From: an uncultured Candidatus Actinomarina sp.
Lineage (GTDB): Bacteria; Actinomycetota; Acidimicrobiia; Actinomarinales; Actinomarinaceae
Direction of reading: 5' to 3'
DNA length: 64,000 bases
NCBI GenBank assembly: GCA_902593795.1
Contig: CACJJR010000001.1
Location: 131,230 to 195,229 of the forward strand
Shown: piece after piece, positions 45,657 to 53,189 of the stretch
Layout: the number at the start of each line of letters is the position of its first letter
Position numbering within the stretch: position 1 is the stretch's first letter
Position numbers and translations under genes: made by a program
Notes under the pieces: model-generated
The model's input: the letters and a program-made list of their open reading frames with translations, nothing else
What the model was told of the DNA's origin: nothing
Database searches by the model: none

Positions 45657-46901
45657 TTACGCAACGCTTAAGACAAATAATGCTTGGAGTGTTAAAGCTA
45701 CAGTTATAAACAAAAAGATATACTGAGTCTTATCACTTTTTTGATGTCCAAATAATTTTACTGATAAATCATGAGCAAGAATAACACTTAACATATGACC
45801 AGCAAGTGTAACTATTACCATAACTATCCAGAGAACAATAGGTTCTATGAAGTAATCAACTACAGGTTCTTGAATATTAAATAAATTCCATCCAAAACCA
45901 AAGGGATCATTTAGTCGATAGAGGACAGTCTGAAATTCAAACAATAGCAAACTTAAATAATGTGTCACATGATATGCAAATGCAATAGGAAGCATGGTGT
46001 GTCCAAATTTTAGAGATATCTCATTTAAATCAAATTTTTCACCACTAACGCGAATAGCAAAATAGCATGCAAATCTGTAAAAGACGATTATTAAAAGATT
46101 CATTAATAAGAAAGCCCCAGTAGAAAAAAATGTTTCATAAGTTTGTGAACCAAATAATTCAAACCAAAAAGTAGTTTCCCGCAAACCGTCATAAGTAACT
46201 GTTCCAATCATCAATAAAATGAAGTACTCCATACCTTTTAGTTGTGCAAGATTAGAGATGTTATTAAGTAAATTTTTAAAAACAGGAGTTTTATTTGTTA
46301 TTCTCAACTTGCTGTATAAATGATGCAGTAGCAAGAGAGGATCAACTTCAATTATTGTTTTTTTATAAAATTTTTGAAGAAGTGAAACTACTGTTATCAA
46401 TATTAAGAAAACTATTCCTATATGCCTAGGGTTTCCAGGCTTATTCCAAACTAATTCGAACCAGGTTAAACATAAAAATAAAATAGAAGCAAAATATACA
46501 TTTTGTGAAACACCTTCACGATTGACAATAAGTGCTAAAGGGTTAAATTTTGCATATAAATCTCCAAAGATGAGACCAAGTACAGGTACAGCAATCCATA
46601 AAAATATCCATAAAACTAGGGGTGTAATAGAAGTTGTAGCAGCCTCGTTGTTGATTAATCCAGGAACAGTTAATAAGAGTAAAATCAAAAATCCAAAAGA
46701 TTTTCCAGCAAAGCTCTGCTTTGTTGAAAACAAGGATTCTTGAGAAGTTAATATTGATTCTTTCCAAGAAGTCTTTAAAAACACGAAAGTTAGAACAATT
46801 ACTAAAACTGCAGCGTTCAAAACTATATCAAATGGTATAGGCAGGTCCCCAACATTTATAATGCCATGTTTGACTTGTGGTAAAAATTTATAATTATTCA
46901 A
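45657..46901 (-). CDS. polytopic membrane protein, function unknown
   Basis: 414 aa with about 11-12 hydrophobic segments. No motif was recognised. Confidence 0.6.
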   Translation of the reverse strand: MNNYKFLPQVKHGIINVGDLPIPFDIVLNAAVLVIVLTFVFLKTSWKESILTSQESLFSTKQSFAGKSFGFLILLLLTVPGLINNEAATTSITPLVLWIFLWIAVPVLGLIFGDLYAKFNPLALIVNREGVSQNVYFASILFLCLTWFELVWNKPGNPRHIGIVFLILITVVSLLQKFYKKTIIEVDPLLLLHHLYSKLRITNKTPVFKNLLNNISNLAQLKGMEYFILLMIGTVTYDGLRETTFWFELFGSQTYETFFSTGAFLLMNLLIIVFYRFACYFAIRVSGEKFDLNEISLKFGHTMLPIAFAYHVTHYLSLLLFEFQTVLYRLNDPFGFGWNLFNIQEPVVDYFIEPIVLWIVMVIVTLAGHMLSVILAHDLSVKLFGHQKSDKTQYIFLFITVALTLQALFVLSVA

Positions 46902-46955
46902 CTAAATAATGACCTTTTCTATCTTTCATTATCAATATATAATAAGTGATATATT

Positions 46956-47135
46956 ATGTGCGTACTTTGTAATGTTATTGAAAAAGATTTTATAGAGTCG
47001 GCATTGGCAGTGCAGGATACTATTACCGGTGAGTCAATGACGATTCCTCTAAGGGCACCTTTAGAAACTTTTCATTCATTTGAAGGGATTCAGTCTCTGT
47101 TATTAAATGCAAATTTGCTTGCAATTATATTTTAA
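46956..47135 (+). CDS. possible 59-aa protein with an N-terminal CxxC
   Basis: It is just below the ORF-track cutoff. The sequence is MCVLCNVIEKDFIESALAVQDTITGESMTIPLRAPLETFHSFEGIQSLLLNANLLAIIF. It fills the spacer exactly up to the zur stop. No SD is present. Confidence 0.3.
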   Translation: MCVLCNVIEKDFIESALAVQDTITGESMTIPLRAPLETFHSFEGIQSLLLNANLLAIIF

Positions 47136-47137
47136 TC

Positions 47138-47575
47138 CTATTTACAGTTTGAACATTCCTCAGTACAAAGCCCAAACATTTCAACTCTGTGATCTGTGAT
47201 TTTGAAGTTAAAGTTTTTTTGTACTTTTTCTATTTCTTTATTGAGCATTAGTTCAAACTCTTCACTTAATTCAACATCAATAACTTCGCCACAATCACTA
47301 CAAAAAAGATGATGATGATGAGAGTGGTCCTCTAATATTAGTTCTACAACAGTTGAATTATCAGGTGAAGTAAACTCATTAAGAATCTTTATTTTCTTAA
47401 GGTCATTTAAAACTCTATATAATGTGGATTTTGCTACGGCTCCTTGAAGTTTAGATTGAAGCTCATCTATCGTTACAGGGTTACCAAATTCTAAAAGCGC
47501 TTCAAGTACTAAAATTCTAGGATTAGTAATAGAGACACTGTGTTTGGATAGTATTTCTTTAGAGTCCTCAATCAT
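47138..47575 (-). CDS. zur: Fur-family metalloregulator, probably Zur
   Basis: It has the HTH TNPRILVLEAL...STLYRVLNDL and metal sites HSHHHHLFCSDCG and CTEECSNC. The ORF track extends to 47662, but the extra 29 aa are hydrophobic and overlap the operator/promoter. The ATG at 47575 (MIEDSKEIL) is favoured. Confidence 0.8.
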   Translation of the reverse strand: MIEDSKEILSKHSVSITNPRILVLEALLEFGNPVTIDELQSKLQGAVAKSTLYRVLNDLKKIKILNEFTSPDNSTVVELILEDHSHHHHLFCSDCGEVIDVELSEEFELMLNKEIEKVQKNFNFKITDHRVEMFGLCTEECSNCK

Positions 47576-47640
47576 GTTTTTTATTATACTTATCAATTCC
47601 AAAACAGACGAAATTAAAACATATATAAACTTGACAATAA

Positions 47641-47667
47641 AATAAATGAGACTTATTCTCATTTATT
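47641..47667. promoter_or_regulatory. Zur/Fur-type operator palindrome overlapping the znuA promoter
   Basis: AATAAATGAGA-CTTAT-TCTCATTTATT has perfect 11-bp arms. The core TGAGA-N5-TCTCA mirrors the TGAAA-N5-TTTCA architecture of actinobacterial Zur boxes. TTGACA lies at 47631..47636 and TATTCT at 47654..47659 (17-nt spacer). Confidence 0.6.
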
Positions 47668-47691
47668 GTTATTAATTAGAAGGAGAATTTT

Positions 47692-48711
47692 TTGAAGAAT
47701 AAACCTATTTTTAAATTTGGTGTTCTTGCACTCTCAATAGTATTGATTGCTTGTTCTGGCGGAAGCACAGATGCAGGTTGTCCAGAAATTGATGGCAGAG
47801 AGATCAATGTTGTAGCAACAACACCAATGATTGGTGAGTTTGTTGGTCAAGTAGGTGGAGAAAACATCAATCTTACGATATTAATGCCGCTTGAAGCTGA
47901 TCCTCATACCTATGAACCAGCACCACAAGATGCTGGAAAAATCGCGGATGCTGATCTAGTTTTTTATACAGGGTTAATGTATGAACCAGCAGCTCTAATT
48001 GAGTTACTTGAGAATTCAGCATGCGGTGCCGAGGCTTTGGCAGAAGTGGGTGAAAGTGTTTTTCCAATAGAGTTTAAAGAAGGTGGTCACGATGATCATG
48101 ATGACCATGACGAAGAAGGACATGATGACCATGACGAAGAAGGACATGATGACCATGACGGGCATGAAGGTCACGGCCACGGCGCCTACGACCCTCACTT
48201 TTGGTTTGATCCCAATAGAGTTGTTTATGCAGCAGAATTTATAGAGTCAAAATTAGTTGAGTTTGATTCAAGCAACGCTGCTAATTATGAAGCAGCTGGA
48301 GATGCTTATACAAAAGAGTTAAGTGGCTTAACAGGCCAGGTCTCACAATTAATTGGATCAATACCTTCTCAAAATAGAAAACTCATAACTACACATGAGT
48401 CTTTAGGTTACTTAGAAGCCAAATTCGGATTGGAAGTGCTTTCAACAATCATTCCTGATTTAGACTCTTCGAACGAGATAACACCATCACAGCTTGTTGG
48501 TGTGATTGACGTAATAGAAGATAATAATGTAAAGGTAATTTTTATTGAAGCTGAAGCTCCATCTGTTTATGCAGAAACAATTGTTGCAGAAACAGGAATA
48601 AAAGCTGTTGAAGGCTTGTGGGTAGAAACTCTTAAACCAGGTCAAACCTATCCAGAGTTTTTAATCGCTGCTGTTGAATTAATTGTGGAGAATCTTTCAA
48701 ATACAGATTAA
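47692..48711 (+). CDS. znuA: metal ABC transporter substrate-binding lipoprotein (ZnuA/TroA cluster A-I) with a His/Asp/Glu-rich loop
   Basis: 339 aa. It has a TTG start with an AGGAGA SD, the lipobox LIAC, and the loop GGHDDHDDHDEEGHDDHDEEGHDDHDGHEGHGHG. Confidence 0.8.
   Translation: MKNKPIFKFGVLALSIVLIACSGGSTDAGCPEIDGREINVVATTPMIGEFVGQVGGENINLTILMPLEADPHTYEPAPQDAGKIADADLVFYTGLMYEPAALIELLENSACGAEALAEVGESVFPIEFKEGGHDDHDDHDEEGHDDHDEEGHDDHDGHEGHGHGAYDPHFWFDPNRVVYAAEFIESKLVEFDSSNAANYEAAGDAYTKELSGLTGQVSQLIGSIPSQNRKLITTHESLGYLEAKFGLEVLSTIIPDLDSSNEITPSQLVGVIDVIEDNNVKVIFIEAEAPSVYAETIVAETGIKAVEGLWVETLKPGQTYPEFLIAAVELIVENLSNTD
48097..48160 (+). repeat. 24-bp tandem repeat (about 2.7 copies) encoding the His-rich loop of ZnuA
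   Basis: catgatgaccatgacgaagaagga occurs at 48097..48120 and 48121..48144, with a partial copy to 48160. Confidence 0.9.
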
Positions 48712-48755
48712 GTTGATTGTAGATAACTTTCAGCAATCTAAAGAAAGGTATCACA

Positions 48756-49547
48756 ATGAAAACAGCTGAAGAAAGTGTACTTGGTGACACAGCAATCATC
48801 GTTTCTGACGGTTGCTGTGTTCAGCTTGGCAACACGCCTGCATTAGATGATGTAACTTTTGAAATCAATAAAGGGAAAAAGGTTGCAGTTGTAGGACCAA
48901 ATGGTGGTGGTAAATCCACTTTATTCAATGCTATTGCAGGATTAGTTCCCATTGTGGCAGGTTCATTGCAAATTAATGGTATGAGTCCAAAAGACGCTAA
49001 GGGCACAATCAGCTACGTTCCTCAAAGAGATTTAATTAACCGAAACTTTCCTCTTTCTGTAAAACAGGTAGTTGAAATGGGTCTAATTAATAAAAGTTCT
49101 TTAAATTTGTTTTCAAGAAAAAAAATAAATTCAAAAATTAAAGAAGCATTAGAAAATGTTGGACTTACTGAAAAAATAAATGAAAATATAAACAATCTAT
49201 CAGGTGGACAATTTCAAAGAGTCTTAATAGCAAGGGGCCTAGCTCAAGATGCAGACATTTTACTTTTAGACGAGGCTTTTAGCGCTGTTGATGTCGGAGC
49301 TCAAGAGGATATCATGAGTTTAATTAGTGATATAAATCTAGATGGTAAAACAATTTTAGTTGCAACTCACGACATAAATAATCTCGAGGAAAAATTTGAT
49401 GAAGTCTTATGTCTGAATAGGCACTGTTGTGCTTATGGAGACCCATCTGAAGTATTAACTAAAGATGTAATTCAAGAAATGTATGGTTCACATTTTGAGA
49501 TGTTTAAAACACACACTCCAGAAAGTCATATGAAAAATAATGATTGA
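48756..49547 (+). CDS. znuC: metal ABC transporter ATP-binding protein
   Basis: 263 aa. It has Walker A GPNGGGKST, the signature LSGGQFQRVLIARGL, and LLLDEAFSAVD. Confidence 0.85.
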   Translation: MKTAEESVLGDTAIIVSDGCCVQLGNTPALDDVTFEINKGKKVAVVGPNGGGKSTLFNAIAGLVPIVAGSLQINGMSPKDAKGTISYVPQRDLINRNFPLSVKQVVEMGLINKSSLNLFSRKKINSKIKEALENVGLTEKINENINNLSGGQFQRVLIARGLAQDADILLLDEAFSAVDVGAQEDIMSLISDINLDGKTILVATHDINNLEEKFDEVLCLNRHCCAYGDPSEVLTKDVIQEMYGSHFEMFKTHTPESHMKNND

Positions 49548-50364
49548 AATAATAATTGAACCTTTCAAGTATGATTTTATGGTTCGTTCTTTAGTCACTG
49601 CTATAGCTTCAGGGATTATGTTATCAATATTGGGACCTTTTGCTATCAATAGAAATATGGGTTTTATGGCTGATGCAATGGCTCATGCGACACTTCCGAT
49701 TATTGCAGTCGGTGTTTTTCTTGGTTTTAGTATTTCTGAATTAGGGGTTCCAGCATCTATATTGATTGCACTTTTCTTGGGATATATAATCAAAAATTCA
49801 AATGTTGGTGAGGACACTGCAATAGGCATTATTTTTTCTTCTTTTTTTGCGCTTGGATTTATTTTGATTTCGGTACTTAATGTAACAATTAATTTAGAGG
49901 ATCTATTATTTGGCCAAATATTAGCAGTGAGTCAATTTGATGTATTAATAGTTATTGCAATGTGTTTTGCTGTAGTTAGTTTGGTCATAATATTTTTCAA
50001 GCAACTACTGTTTTATTCCTATGATCCAATTGGTGCAGAGGTAAAAGGTCTAAATACTAATTTCTTAAATTATTTATTTCTCATAATTTTATCTGTAGCT
50101 ATTGTGGCGTCTCTTCAAACAGTTGGAATTATTTTAGTTTTAAGCATGCTTTTAATTCCGGCTGCTGCATCAAAGCAAATAACAGATACATTTGTTCCGT
50201 CCATATATGTAAGTATTATTTTTGGAGTCTTTTCATCAGTTTCAGGTCTTTTTCTATCTTACTTTTTTAACTTACCCTCTGGTCCAACCATGTCTTTAGT
50301 AGCAACTTCAATTTTTGTAATCTGCTTTTTTGTAAGTAAATTAAAGAAAGTTCGAATTCAATAA
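49540..50364 (+). CDS. znuB: metal ABC transporter permease (ABC-3 family)
   Basis: 274 aa. It is polytopic and overlaps znuC by 8 nt. Confidence 0.8.
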   Translation: MIEIIIEPFKYDFMVRSLVTAIASGIMLSILGPFAINRNMGFMADAMAHATLPIIAVGVFLGFSISELGVPASILIALFLGYIIKNSNVGEDTAIGIIFSSFFALGFILISVLNVTINLEDLLFGQILAVSQFDVLIVIAMCFAVVSLVIIFFKQLLFYSYDPIGAEVKGLNTNFLNYLFLIILSVAIVASLQTVGIILVLSMLLIPAAASKQITDTFVPSIYVSIIFGVFSSVSGLFLSYFFNLPSGPTMSLVATSIFVICFFVSKLKKVRIQ

Positions 50365-50417
50365 ACCATTGCATTTAATTCGCTGTTGAGTCACAATTCT
50401 TTAATATAATTAAACCT

Positions 50418-50896
50418 ATGAATATTGAAACATACTCAATCTGGCTTCAAAATTCCCAACATAATAAAGAGATAACAAACCTAATCAATAGATATGCTTC
50501 TGATGGATCAAAAGATAGTTTTTTTCCACATGTAACACTTGTTACACATATTGTTACTGAAGAAAGAGGGGTTGAGACCTTAACACAGCTATCTAATGAT
50601 AAATGCGATATTGTTTTTGATAAATTTTCAATTGGAGACACATATTTTCAGAGGTTGTATCTAGAATCATCTGATAATTCTTACTTTTTTAATTCTGTTT
50701 CAAAAATCCAAGGATGGCCAAGCCTTTGGGTACCACATCTTTCATTAAGTTATGGGGATGAGTTACCTAAATCTTTCGACCCAGGGAGCTTAATGAACTC
50801 ATCCCTATAACTATTTCATTTGATACTCTGTCTTTATACAAAACAGGACCAAAGGTTTCAGAGTGGAAGGAGATAACCACTCTAAGACTTAATTGA
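50418..50896 (+). pseudogene. 2H phosphoesterase (cyclic phosphodiesterase/LigT-like) interrupted by a 1-nt frameshift
   Basis: The two HxT/S motifs are present (FPHVTLV, PHLSLSY). The frame ends at 50810. The shifted frame continues from ~50785 as RELNELIPITISFDTLSLYKTGPKVSEWKEITTLRLN* to 50896, a plausible C-terminal strand region. The switch is at the ccaggg run. Confidence 0.55.
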
Positions 50897-52237
50897 CTCC
50901 TTTGCTATCTTTACTTTTTCAGCAGGAAATTCGTAATCTACCATTTCTCCTGATAAGAAATTACTATAAGCCTGCATATCAAAGTGTCCATGACCACACA
51001 TGGCGGTTAAAACTGCAATGGACTTAGAGTTTTCATCTGCATTTTTTGCTGCTCGTATTGCTGACGCAATTGCATGAGTAGCCTCAGGAGCTGGAACTAT
51101 ACCTTCAGTTTTTGCAAATAACTGACCTGCTTCAAAACACTCTTTCTGACCTATAGCCTCTGCCTCAATTAATTTTTCTTCATACATAGCACTAACTAGT
51201 GGTGCCATTCCGTGGTATCTTAAACCACCAGCATGAATTGGATCAGGCACAAAAGAATGACCAAGGGTATGCATTTTGACTACGGGAGCCATTCCTACTG
51301 AGTCCCCAAAATCATATGCATACGTTCCCTTAGTCAAAGATGGACAAGCCTGTGGCTCAACAGCTCGTATAACTGTAGATTTGTTATTTTGCATATTCTC
51401 TCTAGCAAAAGGTGTAAAAAGACCAGCAAAGTTTGAACCACCTCCAGTACAACCAACAATTACATCTGGATAGTCGTCTGTAAGTTCTAATTGTTTTAAT
51501 GCCTCTTCACCAATAATTGTCTGATGCATTAGGACATGATTCAACACACTTCCTAATGCGTATCTTGTTTTCTCATCTTTTGCTGCAACTTCAATAGCTT
51601 CTGAAATAGCAATACCCAGACTTCCAGGAGTTTCAGGGTCTTCAGAAAGGAATTTTTTTCCAATATCTGTTCTTTCAGAGGGGCTTGAATACACTTTTGC
51701 ACCATATATCTCCATCATTGTTTTCCTATATGGTTTTGCCAAATATGATGCAGCTACTTGAAACACCTCTAGTTCAATTCCAAAAGCTTGGCATGCAAAA
51801 GCCAGAGCAGAACCCCACTGCCCAGCACCTGTTTCTGTAACCATTTTTTTAACACCTTCTTCAGCGTTATAAAACGCTTGGGGGATTGCAGTGTTAGGTT
51901 TATGCGAGCCAGACGGGGATCCACCTTCATATTTATAATAAATTCTTGATTTTGTACCCAGAGCTTTCTCAAGACGAATTGCTCTAAATAACGGAGAAGG
52001 CCTATAAAGCTTATATAAGTCTAAGACAGGTTTTGGTATGTCTATAAACGAATCTTGAGATACTTCTTGTAAAATCAATCCCATTGGAAATAGAGGAGCT
52101 AAATCCTCCGGACCAATTGGTTCCATTGTCTGTGGATTCAACGGTGGTGGTAATGGATTTGGCAAATCTGGGATTATGTTATACCACCTTGTTGGCATCT
52201 CAGATTCTGACAATAAAAATTTATATTGTTCGCTCAT
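50882..52237 (-). CDS. trpB: TrpB2-type tryptophan synthase beta-like enzyme (stand-alone)
   Basis: 451 aa. It has the TrpB2-specific N-terminus MPTRWYNIIPDLP...PPLNP, the PLP lysine GSHKPNTA, and GGGSNFAG. Confidence 0.85.
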   Translation of the reverse strand: MSEQYKFLLSESEMPTRWYNIIPDLPNPLPPPLNPQTMEPIGPEDLAPLFPMGLILQEVSQDSFIDIPKPVLDLYKLYRPSPLFRAIRLEKALGTKSRIYYKYEGGSPSGSHKPNTAIPQAFYNAEEGVKKMVTETGAGQWGSALAFACQAFGIELEVFQVAASYLAKPYRKTMMEIYGAKVYSSPSERTDIGKKFLSEDPETPGSLGIAISEAIEVAAKDEKTRYALGSVLNHVLMHQTIIGEEALKQLELTDDYPDVIVGCTGGGSNFAGLFTPFARENMQNNKSTVIRAVEPQACPSLTKGTYAYDFGDSVGMAPVVKMHTLGHSFVPDPIHAGGLRYHGMAPLVSAMYEEKLIEAEAIGQKECFEAGQLFAKTEGIVPAPEATHAIASAIRAAKNADENSKSIAVLTAMCGHGHFDMQAYSNFLSGEMVDYEFPAEKVKIAKESIKS

Positions 52238-52252
52238 TGTTCCTCCTAAAAT

Positions 52253-52278
52253 AAAAAAACCGGGCTGTGCCCGGCTTT
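52253..52278 (-). terminator. intrinsic terminator located inside the trpB2 5' leader (attenuator)
   Basis: The minus strand reads AAAG-CCGGGC-ACA-GCCCGG-UUUUUUU. It is a GC stem in an AT-rich genome with a 7-U tract, and it ends 14 nt before the AGGAGG SD of trpB2. No minus-strand gene lies upstream that it could serve. Confidence 0.75.
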
Positions 52279-52302
52279 AGAAAACAACATAGAACTAGGC
52301 AC

Positions 52303-52347
52303 CTACATATGTAGAATCCACCAGTTCCAGTTTGTTACTTTATACAT
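52303..52347 (-). CDS. 14-codon Trp-rich leader peptide (trpL-like)
   Basis: ATG TAT AAA GTA ACA AAC TGG AAC TGG TGG ATT CTA CAT ATG TAG encodes MYKVTNWNWWILHM. Three of the 14 codons are Trp. The stop is followed directly by GUGCC, which can pair with GGCAC in the terminator. Confidence 0.6.
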   Translation of the reverse strand: MYKVTNWNWWILHM

Positions 52348-52460
52348 TGTTATAAATGTAGATGTTTTTTATAAAATTTCAAAATTATAATTGTAAATTT
52401 TTTGTTAACAATACATTAACAAAATATCAATAAACCAACTTATTACCTAGTATTGAACTC

Positions 52461-53189
52461 ATGAATAAAATAATCCACTCACTAAATTTAACAAAAATTT
52501 ATGGTGAAAAAGAAACTAGCGTTACAGCGCTAGACGATATTAATGTTGAATTTAAAGAAAATGATTTTACGGCAATTATGGGACCTTCTGGTTCCGGAAA
52601 GTCCACTTTACTTCATTGCCTAGCGGGACTAGATAGACCTACATCAGGTCAAATTTATTTGAGAGAAGAAGATATATCAACACTTAATGACAAACAATTA
52701 ACAAAAATTAGAAGAGATAGTTTTGGTTTTGTTTTTCAAGCATTTAATTTAATCCCAACTCTAACTGCTGAAGAAAACATTACCCTTCCCGCATCAATAG
52801 CTGGTAGAAAGCCAGATATGGACTGGGTAAAACAAGTTGTTGATGCAGTAGATATTGGTGACAGGTTAACTCACAGGCCGAACGAATTATCTGGTGGCCA
52901 ACAGCAACGTGTTGCAGCCGCACGAGCAATGGCGACGAAACCAGAAGTTATATTTGCTGATGAACCTTCAGGAAACTTAGATTCCAAATCAAGTAAAGAA
53001 TTACTAGTTTTTATGAAATCAGTAGTTGATGAATTGAACCAGACAATAATTATGGTGACACATGATCCCTATGCAGCTTCTTTTGCAAATAGAGTAGTCA
53101 TGTTAAAAGACGGAAGTATTGCAAGTGATTTAGAAAAACCAACCCAGGAAGAAATTGTTGCAGAGGTTACAGCCTTAACTAACATCTAA
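52461..53189 (+). CDS. ABC transporter ATP-binding protein (MacB/LolD-like)
   Basis: 242 aa. It has GPSGSGKST, LSGGQQQRVAAARAM and IFADEPSGNLD. Confidence 0.9.
   Translation: MNKIIHSLNLTKIYGEKETSVTALDDINVEFKENDFTAIMGPSGSGKSTLLHCLAGLDRPTSGQIYLREEDISTLNDKQLTKIRRDSFGFVFQAFNLIPTLTAEENITLPASIAGRKPDMDWVKQVVDAVDIGDRLTHRPNELSGGQQQRVAAARAMATKPEVIFADEPSGNLDSKSSKELLVFMKSVVDELNQTIIMVTHDPYAASFANRVVMLKDGSIASDLEKPTQEEIVAEVTALTNI

Noticed and set aside
47576-47662. The N-terminal 29-aa extension of the Fur-family ORF (MRISLIYFIVKFIYVLISSVLELISIIKN).
   Set aside because: The extension is hydrophobic and unlike any Fur N-terminus. It overlaps the palindromic operator and the znuA promoter. An internal ATG at 47575 gives a normal-length regulator.
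4867-48160. Tandem repeats at 4867..4930, 26495..26620 and 48097..48160 considered as possible CRISPR or other non-coding arrays.
   Set aside because: All are in frame within well-supported genes and encode low-complexity peptide linkers or loops. There are no spacers and no cas genes.
52238-52460. A T-box riboswitch as the explanation for the terminator upstream of trpB2 (CTGGTGGATTC vaguely resembles the T-box GGUGG core).
   Set aside because: The leader is far too short for stem I/specifier plus the T-box architecture, and no AGAGA or GNUGGNA context is present. The same bases are better explained as the UGG codons of the leader peptide.
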